A stretch of 52,715 nucleotides of DNA, the filler included, from Sphacelaria rigidula (taxonomy: Eukaryota), in assembly GCA_964200075.2 (NCBI GenBank). It is 3 parts of 3 records of this genome, joined end to end, with 100 filler letters (N's around TTAATTAATTAA, not from the genome) between each part and the next. Parts side by side here need not be neighbours in the genome. Positions count along the whole stretch, not along the records: positions 35,213 to 52,715 come from CAXNAA020001065.1; 2 more parts are not named here. One strand, 5' to 3'. Under the pieces are notes generated by a model. That model saw only the letters and a list, made by a program, of their open reading frames with translations, did not search any database and was not told the origin of the DNA. Made by a program: the position numbers and the translations under genes. Shown here one piece after another: positions 35,387 through 48,860 of this stretch; the stretch's first letter is position 1, and every line of letters starts with the position of its first letter.

Positions 35387-38300
35387 GTTCGCGACGTTTT
35401 CAGCAAGCCCGCCTACCAGTGCCCAGAGCTGCTGTTGCTGGCCCTTGCGGCGGTGCCCTCGGAGGCGGGGGGCAATTTGAGGGTGGAGATGCTCTCTCGA
35501 CTCTTGCCGCTGTACTTCCGCCCCAACAGGAATACTCACGCGGCGTCTTTGATCCGCCGGCTGTGGCAGGTCAATCCTCGCCTCGTAGTGCAAAGCGGCG
35601 TGAAGGCGTTCAACGTGGACAGCACGCTGCCGAGCGTGGTGTACGTGAGTCATGACATGTCCACATAGTGTCCCCTCGTCCCGAGAACTCTGTCGTACTC
35701 GATTGTCATTCGACTCTGTCGGGCAAACGTGGTTGACGCGTACGTAGGGACAGCGTCCAGTCTGACAGACCGCACCCAACATCACCTCTTCAACCGTATA
35801 CGTCCTGTCGGAATATGGTGAGGTGGCAATACCAACCACACCCTGGACCAAAAGTTACATTATTAAAAAGTGTACTGTGTACAGTATCGAATCTCATGTC
35901 TAACGTAATAGATGCAATAGTCGATACTGTACACAGTATACACTTATTAATCATGTATTTTGTTGTCGAGGGTGTTATGATAACCCATATATTGTGGGAA
36001 TGTGATACTTGTTAACGATGGGGGTACTGCTGGGGTTCGGTGAGCCACCGTCGTTGGAAAAATAGAAGAAATAATTCAATGCCATGTGATATGATGTTGA
36101 CATGGTGACATAACGTGTTGTGAAATGATGCGATGTGATTTGATGTGTTGCGGTCACGGTAGTTTCGTACGCAGCGGGTTAGATATTTTGGAGTGCACGC
36201 CCGTGGACTTCGGAAATCGGGCAGGGTTGCTGTTGCTGTTGCTGTTGCTTTTACGATATCCTGAATGAACGTGGTCACAGTAGGGAATGATGACAACCCC
36301 CGTCATGGTAATTGTCCCCAACGGTTCGACGTCGACTGAACCTACAATGCTCTTGAGCATGATATATTGCGTAAGGATACCAGTTTAGACATATAAACGC
36401 ATACAACTTTTCCGTACACATACATGAACACACACGTGCCTTCTGTTGTCGACACGGCCAATGATAACATTGCAGGTGCTGCGTATCATGCGCTTGGTAC
36501 CTGATTGCGCGGCGGAGCTGTTGGGATCGGATGACTGTGCTTTCGCGATTGCCGTGGCTAGCGTTGCCTACGGGGCAGAGGTGCCTGCAACGGAGCAGCA
36601 GCCGTCGTCGGCGCTGTATAAACTTGACCTGGAGAATTGGGTGTGCGACCGCCTCACAAGGAAGGACAGAGAATTGTTTGCTGCCAAGATACTGTCTTTT
36701 GTGCAGGTGTGTAAAAGTCCGTGGGTAGGTTCATGGTTTGATGAAACGTGTTTAGTGATGATGGTGGCTTCGTAAGCATGGGTCCTCGAGTGTTGGCGTT
36801 TGGTTTCTGGTGTGTCGCACCGAGTTTTCCACCACCGTTCCCCGTTTTTTTTTCATCGTCCTCCCCATCTACCCATCTTTCTCGGCACCGGTCCGTGGAA
36901 TCAAGGGATCAACCTATCTCAACCCCGGTACACGCCCTATGTCTCGGTGTCGCAGATTGGATCATGACCAACACGCGCACAGCGTCAAAACTTCGTCTTG
37001 TAAAGTTGACCAAACAGACCCCTTTTTGCTACCCACGTCCTCACGCATCTGGTGGCAATCAAAGCTGTGGTTTCCCCTCCCTCATCATGTGGTTTGTAGA
37101 CCACCGTTGCGCGGCAGTAATATTTTTTGTTGGCGTCTATGATTTGAGAATATTACAAACATCACTGGTCGTCTCTCGTATGGCAAAACCGTGGGGGACA
37201 AATGATTTTTCGTGAACTGTTTCCATGTTGTGTTGCTGTGATTTCGGCGATCTTTGCTCGGGTTGGTTTTTCAACGATGGATAACGACAACACTGATGAA
37301 GCATTTATTGGGGGATGACATTCTCGTGCGAGGGTTCGTGGTTTTCGTTGTGTTGCTTTGATTCGTTTGCGGAATTCGTATGACGGGGCCGAATGGATCA
37401 ACTATACATAAATAACATGGAAAACATTTTTTAATTAATTAACGTTTGACTGAGGATGGATGGTTGAACTGTATTTTTTGGACAGAGAAGACGATATGAT
37501 CGTGATGATCAAGACTAGTACGTGTGCGTTCCCGTAATACAGCTGTTATGGGAGTGCCACTGTCTGGCTTGACTCGGTGAATAGATTTGCTCAAAGCGTC
37601 AAGACAATTTTTCACCAGGACGTTCTTGCGTTCCCTTGTTGTACCTAGCTACCAAGTTTTCTTGGTCTTGACAAATCATATTCTGCGCACGCCTCCTCAT
37701 TCTCCAGTCGCATCTTCCAACAGCGCGCCTGCGGCACGAGGCCCAAAAGCCAGGGGACAATGCGGACGAGGGTCCGCTGCCGACGTGCGCCATGTCGATA
37801 GAGGCAGCAGCGATCTTCATCAAGGTGCTCGGAGGCACCGGGAAACCGGCTCCCGCGGCGGAGCCGCTGCTCAACAAGAACCCTGCGCTTTTACAGTCGG
37901 CCACTCAGCTGTTCGAAGCTGCCAAGAACATGCACCCGGGGATGCATCATGTGGGTGTTGATGGGTTTTCATGACAGGGCCGGAGACGTGGGGGGGCAGG
38001 GGGGGGGGGGTTCCTGTTTGTTTGTGTCGATCAGCCTCGTAATTGTTCTCCTGCGCAGCTGTTCGCTCGCTGTGTGACCAGTTCTACATCACTTGCAGGG
38101 TTTTAAACGAGAGTATGCCACTCGTGATGTTGAATAAGTTTTGCCCAACAAGAAAGTGCGGGAAAATCGTGCAGTGCGTAGTGTTCTGGAGGCAACTGCA
38201 CGATTTTGAAGACCATGTGAGATTCCCGAGTGACGCACATCAGAAGCTCGTTTGGCCTTCAGAAGTTGACGGATAATCCATTAGAGAATGTTTAACCAGC

Positions 38301-41300
38301 ATTGGTCAGGTTTTGTTTGGGTGCGGGCGGTGCTTGGTGGCACATGTGACACAAATAACCGACTCCGGGGGGTGGTTTCTACCGTAAATTGGGGAGGATT
38401 GTCCGCTGTGTGTGCCTGGAACGCGCGAATGACTCAATGTTCGGAACTTGTCACGGGTAGTTTTTTGTGTTGTCGACCTTTGAGATCCTGAATGTGCTGA
38501 GACATCCGAAACAAAAACGGGGCAATATTAGCCTGCAAGTGGGTGTATATTCGAATGAGTTGCTTCGCACACATGGATCATCTTCTTTTGGCATATGCGA
38601 AGCCATATTTCACCCGGTTCGGCCTCAGGCTTGCCTACCCTGACTCATTGGATAGCGTAGATGCGATATCCAGGTCGCACTTGGGATGAGTGGTCTTCCA
38701 TCCCTCAAATTATTAGCCCTGGATGCTGATCGGCACACCGTTGCCTGATCTTTTCCCATCCTGTACAGCAAGCACTCGTGGTTTATGGTTGTTTCCTCAC
38801 GCTCATCATCTGTTGACGTTTTCCGTTCCTGTACTTGCAGGTGATGGATACGGAAGAGGAGGTGGAGGACATAGCCAACGCCTACTTCCAACGGATATAC
38901 ACCTCGGAGCAGTCTATCGAAGAGGTACGAGGGCACTCCATGCAAAAATCGTTATTAGCATGATTCAGGATTGTGTTGTTGTCTGCACCCCCCCCTGATT
39001 GGGATTGAGGGTGCTCCGTCTCGGAAGGGATGCATGGGCAATGGTCAAATGGCTACGGCAAGCAACAAATGAGTACGCCTCCCCCCTTGATGACATTAGA
39101 AATATCTGCAGGGTTGTCGTGATCATTTCTCGGCGCACTAGGGGTCGGACCTGAAAGATGGCCTCACGTGTTTGGGCTTGCCAGCCGAATCGTACTCATG
39201 TTCTTTTTGTTGATGGCGTATACGGTGCTGTGTTTATTGCTGGGGTGTGGTGCATTCTTCATGCTGTCCAGCCTTGACATCGACATGTTCTACTGTCTGT
39301 CCACCTGTCTTCGCGTTGATTTCCCGTCTTCGTTCTCTCCCTGGTTGCTATTGAGTCTTGTATTACTAACCGTTAACGAAGAAATAGATCGTGGTCATGC
39401 TCGAAAGGTTCGAAGCGTCGTCAGACCCCAGCGAGTAACAAATTTTCGTGTGTGTGGTATGGTATATAGTACTGTGTTCATTGTCGGTACGGATGCACTC
39501 TTCATGCTGTCCAGCCTTGACTTCGGCACGTTATTCTGTTTGTCTCACCTGTCTTCGCGTCAATTTCCCGTCTTCTTTCTCTCCCCTGTTGCTTTTGTGT
39601 CGTGTCGCATTTTCGATATCAACGTAATAGGTCATCGTCATGCTGCAGAGGTTCAAGTCATCGTCAGACCCCCGCGAGCAAGAAATTTTTGCGTGTATGG
39701 TGCACAACCTTTTCGACGAGTACCGCTTTTACCACAACTACCCGGAGCCGGAACTCTGCATCACCGGTATCCTGTTCGGCTCGCTTATCCAGCACCAGCT
39801 CGTAAGCTCCATCACGCTCGGCATTGCGCTCCGCTATGTCCTGGAGGCCCTCCGCAAACCTCCCGCACCCGACCGGAAGGGCAGAATGTTCCGGTTCGGC
39901 ATGTTCGCGCTAGAACAGTTCAAGGGGCGCCTGGGGGAATGGCCGCAGTATTGCAGCCACATGATCCAGATTCCGCATCTGGTGGCCAACCATCCGGCCC
40001 TCGTACGGGAAATCGAGGAGTCCATGCAGCGGCCACCCGACCGCCTGCCACCCACGGCGGTCGCCCCGGGTCCGCCGAAGGTCGCTCAGCCAGATGGACC
40101 GCGGCAACTGCCCCAGATAGTGCCAGTGGGAGGTGGTCTGGTGCGGCAACAGTCCGGCCCGGGGCCGGACGGGGGAGGTGGAGGGGCGGCGGCGCCGGGT
40201 GCTGTCGGCGCATCCCCGGTTATGCGCGGAGAGCCTTCGCGTAGTATGCCCCAGGGACAAGCCACGCCAGACCGAAATGTCGGTGGTACTGGTGGTGGCC
40301 AGACATCTGTTGGGCGAAGTCCTGGCGGGTCGGGCCTCGGGGGGAACGACCAGGCGCTCCAGGGGCACGGGATGGGCGGACTTGGAGGAATTCTGGGCGG
40401 CGTACCGCCTGGGCAGGGTGCTCCGGGCACGGCCGGTGGCGTTGGCGGCGCTGGACCCGCGGGCGCGCAGCTTCAGGGTGGCGGGCCGCCGACTGGTGCT
40501 GGCAACCCGGGCCAAATGGGGAACAACCTGCAACAACAGGCAGGAGGGCGAGGGGGAGGGGAAGGGGCACCCGGTGCCGGTGGGGCTCTGCAGTCGCAGC
40601 TTGGGCAGCAGTTGCCAGGTGCTGGGGCTCCTTCTCGAAGCTCACCGGACTCCTCACTCCAGCCTCAGCAATCTCCCTTCACGGCTGGACAGGCGTCTTC
40701 CTCCCGCGGTGGGGTTGGTGCTGGCGGTGTCGGGGCGACATCTGCGTTCGGTGGCGGTGCCGCTGGCGGCTCAGTTCCCGGTAACCCGCTTTTGGGTGGC
40801 GGTGGCGGAGGTGCCGCGCCTGGGACGGACGGGGAAGGGAAGGGCGGTGCGGGAGGCTCCGGAGCGGTCGGCAGGCTAGGCCCTGAGCTTGGACTTGCCT
40901 CAGTGCTGGGCTTGCCGCCGCAGGGGCAGGATGCAACGGGACTTGCAGGACAGCAGGGCGGTGGTGGGGGAGTGGGAAATGTCGGAGGAGGAGTAGCCGC
41001 TGGGGCGCCAGGTCATGAGACGTGGGGGACGGGGGCTGGAGGTCAGGCTTTGCCGCAGGCCGGGGGTCAGGCGGGAGCGTCCGCGGCTAATGGTCCTGCA
41101 CCTGCGCCTACTGGTGCTCTGCCGGTGAGTCTCATTTGAAAACGGTGGGTGTTGTTTTGGGTCTTGTACATGCGAGGCCGTTATTGTTATCCGACCTCCG
41201 CCAGTACGACATCTGTTTGTTTTGATTTTACTCGGCCTCCGCCCTTCCCTTGTACAAGTGGGTCGTGCCGAAGATATGCCATCTCTCTTTCCCACCCATG

Positions 41301-44300
41301 CACCTGCCTTGTAATGACCAATTGGAAGGCTATTCCCGCCGCCGGTCGCCTTTTATCCAACTGTTTGTCGACTCACCTTCTTACGCTCTTGATGGCAAAA
41401 CCGAAAAAATCAACTACAGGCTGCGCGAGCTGACAGCGATTCTTGAATGTTCTCGCGTCTGGCGGTGCTAAATTTCAAAAGTGAGGCCGCTCCTGACAGC
41501 AAACAAACAGAATAGTCCTCTTCAAACGCCTTTTTAGTCCTTCTTCGTTGTTTCACGCCCTGCTAGAAAGCTAGGCGAGGTGTAACACCTAGGAAAGATT
41601 CGCCCAACTCGTTCAGACAAATCCAAGTCATGATGATTTTTTCCGGTGTCTGCAATTTTTGTTCCGGCCAAACAAGCATTTTTGTCCACGGACAGTGAAG
41701 TCCGGAGAAAAATGGCAGCTTTTTCTGTATTTGACCGTTCTTGGACAAAAGTTTAAGTGTGGCGTGAACGAAAACTGCGGCCACCGGACAATGCGAATAT
41801 GTTCGATGGTCGTCTCAACGAGTACAGCAAGTCATTCCAAAGTGTCAAACTCCGTGTAGCTCTCTTCTAGGGCGTAAAACGACGCAGAATGACCTAATAA
41901 GAATTTTTGCAAGACTTTATTATTGGTCTGCTATAAGAAGCGGCCTTAGGCGCTGAAATGTTGACACTATATTTTTGTCAACACGTGCCACATTTCTCGG
42001 AATCCCAAGAAAGAAGAGAAGACGAGAAGTTGAAGTGATTCGACATTTCAGCATGAGCTGTAAAAAGGTCACAACTCCTTGGAAAATACGACAAAATGGC
42101 GGCATCCCCAAAAATGTTGTATGTACTTATGTGCGGGGAGATCCTGGTGGAAGTTTGACCAAGAACTCCCAAAATTGAGTCCAGCCTGGCACTTGTTGTG
42201 TGACACCGCTGCGCCCCTGAAATCCATGTCATCATGGAGACTCTTGTTATGGAGGTCACGAGTTCGATTCCCTACATAAAACTTTATTGTTGTTCCGTCG
42301 TGAAGGTCCTCTTATGCGGTAAAATTTTGTCCTTACCTTGATTTTTGTCAGCGGCAGAGCGTGCTTGATCAGGTTGATCTGCGGTTCACAGCGATATGCT
42401 TATATCAGGTTGATTCGAGGAACTTGAGAAGTTATTGTGTGATGTGCGTTTGTACGTTTTACGGCTGGCCCAGCTTGTTCTTATGCCGTGTTCGAGTCGA
42501 ACCCACTACTACGCTCCAAGTGATGAATGAAGCACTCGTTCGACCACCGGGGCGCGTTGTGGTCGCAATATTCGAAAATTTGATGGAATCATCCAACAAG
42601 GTCGCTCGCCGCGTGGGAATGTAACTACAATCCGCCGTCATACCGCCATGTTGTTGTATGTAAAGCGCTGCCTTGACTCGGGAGACTATTGCCTCGAATG
42701 TCTGACCGCATCACTAGTTGGTGTTTTTTGGTAGCTCATCTGTTGACTTCGGGATGTCCATGTCGACCCCACCCTGTCTTCGTGTGAACAGCCCAAGCAA
42801 CCGGAGGGACTGGGGACACCCAACATGGACCAACTGATGGCCAAGGTTGAGGAGCCCACGGCGTTGACGAACCCGCCGGAAGCTGTCATGGACCGCATTC
42901 ACTTCGTGGTCAACAACGTTACGGCGAATAACTTGCCCCAGAAGGTGTGTCGGCCTGCCGTTGTGAGGTTTCCGGGACAACCGATGAACACGGGGCTCAT
43001 AACTGTTGCACAAGGGGTTGATCGGGGACTGTGTCATGAGATGTGTCGAAGCGCACCAGCCGTAATTATCAACAAATTTGTCAAATTAAAATAGTACTGC
43101 CACGGGTCTATTTTTTTCATCCTTTTGAGGCCAGCCCAGTTGGTGTGTCAGTTAATTGCTGTCTCATGTACCGCCGACCACGTCGGCACCATTTTTTTCT
43201 TCTCATGTCAAATTTATGGGGTGATTGGCACTACCTTTGGAAATATTTATCCAGTGGCACAGTTTATGGTGCTCTTGTGGTTAATGATGAGCATGCTACT
43301 AACTTGTCTTCACATGTGTTGATGAACGCACGTCTGGACGCGTGCGGCAGGTGAGCGAGATCAAAAGCCATGTACAGAACAACCCGGACTACCACCCGTG
43401 GCTGGCTAATTACCTTGTGGTGAAGCGCATCTGCACGCAGCCCAACTTCCACGACCTGTACCTGGAGTTGGTCAACCAACTGGAAACTCCCTCGCTCATG
43501 GAAGCAATCCTGAAGAACGTTTTCTACAACATCAGCAAGCTTCTGCGCTCTCAGAAGATCATAACATCGACCTCCGAGCGGTCTTTGCTGAAAAACCTGG
43601 GGTCGTGGTTGGGCAAGATCACCCTCGGGCGCGATAAGCCGGTGCTGCAGCGCGAGCTGGATATGAAAGAGCTCCTATTCCAGGGGTATGAGACCGGAAG
43701 GCTGATCGCAGTGACTCCGTTCGTTGCGAAAATCTTGGAGGGGGCGCCGTCGGGGAAGAGCCGCGTATTCAAGCCGCCCAACCCGTGGATCATGGGACTC
43801 TTTTCGGCTCTCCACGAGATGTATGAACTGCAGGACCTGAAAATGAACATCAAGTTTGAAATAGAGATGCTCTGTCAGAAATTCAATGTGACCCTCGCAG
43901 ACGTGCCCATGTACGGTAGACTGAGCACCCGCATGACTCCAAGCAAGGAGAAGAACCCTGACTTCAACTCCCGCGCTCGCGCGGCGGCGGAGCAGCCGCA
44001 GCAGCAGGATACTTCTGCTAACACCGGAGACGGCTCTGCCGGTCCGGGCGGAGCGCGGGACGCGGAGAGTGGGGGGACTCCCGGCACTGGAAATGGAAGG
44101 GGTGGGGCACGGGACGCAGACGAGAGGGCCGGCGCAGCTGGGGTGAAGCAGCCAGCGGATCAGCAAACGGTCATCCCGAATCTGGCCTCGTATGTCACAA
44201 TTAACCCTAGCCTCGAGATCTTCGCGACGCAGCCGCAGCTGAAAGAGGTGCTGAAGAGAGTTGTGCCTGTGGCGGTGGACAGAGCCATCCGGGAGATCAT

Positions 44301-47300
44301 CCAGCCGGTCGTGGAGCGCAGCGTAACGATCGCGTGCATCACGTCAAAGGAACTTGTGCAGAAGGACTTCGCTATGGAGGCGGACGAGAACAAGATGCGT
44401 AAGGCTGCGCACCTGATGGTAAGCAACTTGGCCGGCTCTCTCGCCCTTGTGACCTGCAAGGAGCCACTGCGCGTCAGCATCGGGAACCACATGCGCTCAC
44501 TCCTTGCTACGGGAGCGCCGCACGCTGACCAGGGCACGACCGAGATGCTAGTACAACTGTGTTCCTCAGAGAACCTGGAGCTCGGTTGCATGCTGATCGA
44601 GAAGGCTGCCACGGAGAAAGCCATGCGTGACATCGATGAAGCCGTCGCCGGCTCTTTGCAGCAACGACGAAAGAGCAGGGAGACTACTGGCCAGCCTTTC
44701 TACGACATGAGCATCTTCAATTCTCTCCGCTACCCGGGAGCCCTGCCTGATGCACTGCGCCCCAAGCCTGGGGGCTTGCATCCCCAGCAACTTCTGGTGT
44801 ACGAGGCGTTCCAGCGCGTGCCCCGACAGCCTACGGTCAACAGTTCGCCCGCGGGGCCTTCGGGCATGGCGGGGCCAGGCGCTGGTGGCCCAGCGCCATC
44901 GTCCCCGCATAGCCCCGCCCTAAATAGCGCCGGAGGGCCAGGGGGGGCGCGCGCTGGCGTGAGCCCGAAGGGGGTGGAATTGACCCTCGAGCAGGCGTTG
45001 CAGGCGTGGCAGGGAGCAATTACGCGACTCGACATGGCAATCGGGGGTTTGCTCGCGGCGCAACGGAGGGCCGGTGGTGGACCGGAGCTCACGCTGCACG
45101 CGGCGAACCGGGATCAGGATCTCTCGGCCGCGCTGCAGGAAATCGTGACTGTGGGTAAGAGTGTACCGGTAAGGTCGCGCGAGGAGGCGCTCACAAAGTT
45201 CGCCCGTGCGGTGTTCGGCCGGCTGTTCGACATGGCTCGGAGTAAGGAGGATGACCCGGCGGCCGTGCCTATGCTCAGGGTGGAAGTATACGCCGCCGTA
45301 CTGGAACTGTGTCTGCGCACGGTGAAGACTTCGCTCTCCAGCGGACGTAAGGAAGACCTGCTTAGCCAGTGGTACACATCGCTGCCTCCGCAGGCCTTGG
45401 TGGGAGCCGGGTCGCGAAAGCTGCACTTGGGCGCCATGAAGTACCTGGTGCAGATGAACATGGTCGACCTAGAGAAGACGGACGCGTTCTTGGCGCGCAA
45501 CATCTCCCTCCCGAACCAAAATCAGCAGATGGCCTCGCAAGAGCAGCTGCAGCTGCAGGACGAGTGGGGGCTGTACGCAATCGTTCTCATCCGGCAGTGC
45601 GTGTTCGAGCACACGGACGCGTCGGGTCCCGACGGTAAGGCGTACCAGGTAGCCACGATGAAATCGTTCGCCAAGTCGCTGGAGACGCTGAGCCAGCTCA
45701 ACGAGAGTAAGAGGCCGATGCTGGCGCAGCAGTTCTTGCAGCTCGCTTCCGAGCTTAGAATCGCCACGCACCCCGACGCGCAGCGCAAGGCCGGTGCTAG
45801 TCCGTCCATGGCGGGCATGAAAGCGCCCATGGGGTCGCCCGCGGGACCGCAACCGACCCGTGAGCCCGTTGGTACCGCCGGTTCGCGCGACCCTGCCGGC
45901 ACGCGCGAGGAGGTGACTCAGCTGCTGCACTACTGGCTACGGCTCTCCGCCGAGAACCCGCTGGCGGACGACAAGACCACCTCGGCAGTGCTACAGGTGT
46001 TTGCCCAACGGAAGACGTTTATAACGGACGACGCCATGATGCGATTCTATCGTGTTGCCACGGAAATTGTGGTGGAGGCGTGCATCAAGACCGGCAGACC
46101 GGCTGTGATGCCGGCGGGTACTGGCCCAGACGAGAAGATGAAGAGCACCAACACCCCGCAGCTGTCATACGCGGTTGTGGATGGATACGTCAAGCTGTTG
46201 CTGGTCTTGATTCGCACGAGGAAGGCGCCCGACGGGCCGCAGTCATCGAATCCCCGAGTTGAGTTGCTGGGCAAGGTGCTGGGCGCTATAATCAACGTGA
46301 TCCTGCGTGACGCGGAGGCGCGGAAGGGTGTCACGGAGGCAAGTGCTGGCAGCGGAATCAGGGGGGCGTTCGATCAGAGACCCTACTTCAGGATCCTCTT
46401 GTGCCTCATGCAGGAGATGAACAAGCCTAACCGCATGCTGGACAACAGCAACCCTGGGGTATTGATGACGTTCGCTTCGGCGTTTCACAGCCTGCGCCCG
46501 GTAGGTTGTCCCGCGTTCGCCTTCGCGTGGCTCGAGTTGATATCCCACCGCAGCTTCATGCCAAACTTGCTGCTCGTGAAGCAGAACAAGGGCTGGCCAT
46601 CGATGCATCGCCTGCTAGTGGATCTACTGAATTTCATGGAGCCACACCTGCGCAAGCCGTCCCTCCTCGAACCCGTTCGGCTCCTGTACACGGGTATGCT
46701 ACGCATGCTGTTGGTCTTGCTCCACGACTTCCCTGAATTCTTGTGCGACTACCACCTGAGCTTCTGCGACGTGATTCCGCCCTCCTGCATCCAGCTGCGG
46801 AACCTCATTCTGTCCGCGTTCCCGCGCAGCATGCGGTTGCCGGATCCATTCACTCCGAATCTGAAGGTGGACCTGCTGCCCGAGATAGCCCTTGCGCCGC
46901 GGATCTTGAGCAACTATGTGGCGGCTCTGTCGCACAACGGTATCCGAGCCGACCTGGACAAGTTCTTACAGACGAGGCACCAACCGGTGCACTTCCTGGC
47001 GGAGCTCGCCGGCAAGCTGCGTCTGTCCCCGCAAGAGGTGAGAGGGGAGTCAGGATGAAGCTGGTGAAATTACGATGTCAAAGCTGATCGTACGTGAACG
47101 TCAAGAATTATTTTTCTTGTTCTCGCTTTCCCGGCCGTATGTGTTTCACCAGTAGATTAGGAATGTTCCACACCTTGGACAACATATGCTCAATAGTTGC
47201 AACAGACAAAAAACGTACTGCATAAAGTATGGGTCTATTGCGACTATTGTTGGCCGACGGTAGTTACAACAGGCCTATACTTTATGCAGTACACTTCTCG

Positions 47301-48860
47301 TCTTTTGCATATATTGACCATATGTTGTCCAGGGTGTGGAATGTTTCCGTCACCCGTACCTCGAACTGCGATTTGATTCAGAGCATACGGCATTTGCCAT
47401 ACAGTACTTCACTTGTAAAGTGTTGTGTCTCTTACGAAACCCCAATGTTTTTGTAAACCTACTTACATCCCCCCGCGCTCTTCGTCTCACCTCGTTACAT
47501 GAAAACCCAGGCTGCCCACACGGGAATGACGTACAACGTGCCATGCATCAATTCTCTGGTCGTGTACGTGGGAAGTCAGGCCATATTACAGCTCAACAAC
47601 AAGACCCCCATAATTACGCACTCGGCACCTATGGACGTCTTCCACCAGGTGAGGGGATCATGTACCCTGAGGGTGCGTGACATGCTGTCGTCCGAGTACA
47701 AGCTGTTGTTATTTTTACCCGAGATTTGACAATGAGACCATCTTTTAGCAGTGAAGATGAAATCATGTCTTGATTGGTGCGGCGAATCAACCATACGTGA
47801 GCGCTCTCGTCGTCCATTCGTGTACTTCATTGGCACGCAGTGCGGACGTGAGTGCTGCCCAAGAGCGGCGTTCTTATTTTTATGGTTTCCGCACATATCC
47901 ATTCAGCACGGTCAGATCATGTTCTCTACTTGTGATTTTGATACGATGGGTACTTGCGGCGCATCGATGTGTTTTCATCATACGTATTTATTGCCACAAG
48001 CCTCGTGACAGCCCGTCTCTCTTGCTGCTGTCCCCCCCCCCGCACTCGACTATTTTCCCGTCAAGTCTGGGGCTGCGTGATCGCTAACGCATTCGTTGTG
48101 TCTTTTTTGGCTTTTTTTATTCCCCCCTTGCTGCCGTCCCTGATCATATTACAAACCAGTTGGCGAACAAGTTGGACCCCGAGGGAAGATACTTCTTCCT
48201 CAACGCCGTGGCCAATCAGCTGCGCTATCCCAACCAGCACACGCACTACTTCAGCTGCGTTCTGCTGTATCTGTTCGCCGAAGCTCAATCGGAAATGGTC
48301 CAGGAGCAGATCACCAGGATTTTGCTGGAGAGGCTTATTGTGCACCGTCCACACCCGGTAAGTGGTTGTACCAGGTAACTCAGTACTGAACAGTCGTCTA
48401 CAAACGTGGAGGATGTTTCACTGGAATTCACCACGCCCGGCACCAACTTTCAGAGCTACTTGGCTGCCGGAAGTTTCGCGGATGACTCAGCATACTGATG
48501 TTACTTCACGTTGCGTGAAATTGTGTTGGTCTAGTATTTCGTGAGAGCCATCTTCCCTCGTACCACTCCCACTCTGACCTTAATTCCCCCCCACCTTCCC
48601 CTCTTCTCAACCGTTGTGTGCTCCCTGCAATGGCCGTGTTGCCTTTATCGTGTATTCCTCCACAGTGGGGTGTACTGATCACGTTTATCGAGCTCATCAA
48701 AAACCCGCGCTACAGCTTCTGGAGCCACAGTTTCACGCACTGCGCTCCAGAGCTAGAGCGTGTCTTCGAGAGCGTGGCCCGCAGTTGTATGACTCCTGGC
48801 GCCGCCGGGGCTGGCGCGGGATCGGAGGAGGATGGTGTTGCCGCGGGTACGGCGCAGTAG
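35387..48860 (+). CDS. CNOT1: CCR4-NOT complex scaffold subunit NOT1 (5'-truncated; ~2226 aa visible)
   Basis: Exons 35387-35644, 36476-36706, 37708-37950, 38841-38924, 39631-41124, 42792-42944, 43351-47037, 47511-47648, 48160-48357 and 48666-48860 are all GT-AG and in frame (6681 nt). NOT1 signatures: [43 protein letters not shown] (MIF4G), [58 protein letters not shown] and [16 protein letters not shown]. Confidence 0.96.
39009..39086 (+). mobile_element. Family A, copy 5 (CNOT1 intron)
   Basis: GGGTGCTCCGTCTCGGAAGGGATGCATGG...GCAACAAATGAGTACGCCTCCCCCC. Flanked by CCCCCC-TGAT and CCCCCCTTGAT (imperfect TSD). Confidence 0.8.
39388..39456 (+). pseudogene. Duplicated CNOT1 pseudo-exon with in-frame stop
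   Basis: Part of a ~245-bp tandem duplication (about 39219-39462 vs 39463-39702). It translates as [16 protein letters not shown] against the true exon [17 protein letters not shown]. Confidence 0.75.
41465..41965. repeat. ~500-bp degenerate foldback in a CNOT1 intron
   Basis: 41642-41712 pairs with 41720-41788, 41535-41578 with 41852-41897, and 41472-41518 with 41913-41959. Confidence 0.75.

Noticed and set aside
34547..35644. Fusion of the Cys-rich gene to CNOT1
   Set aside because: The fragments are phase-compatible but separated by an artificial contig spacer, and a secreted domain on NOT1 is implausible.
37432..37442. TTAATTAATTAA-like run resembling the linker
   Set aside because: It is not flanked by N runs, so it is treated as natural AT-rich intron sequence.
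39168..40244. 358-aa ORF overlapping CNOT1
   Set aside because: It is intron duplication sequence plus an alternative frame of a GC-rich CNOT1 exon.
43551..46935. Many minus-strand ORFs
   Set aside because: They are antisense shadows of the GC-rich 3.7-kb CNOT1 exon.
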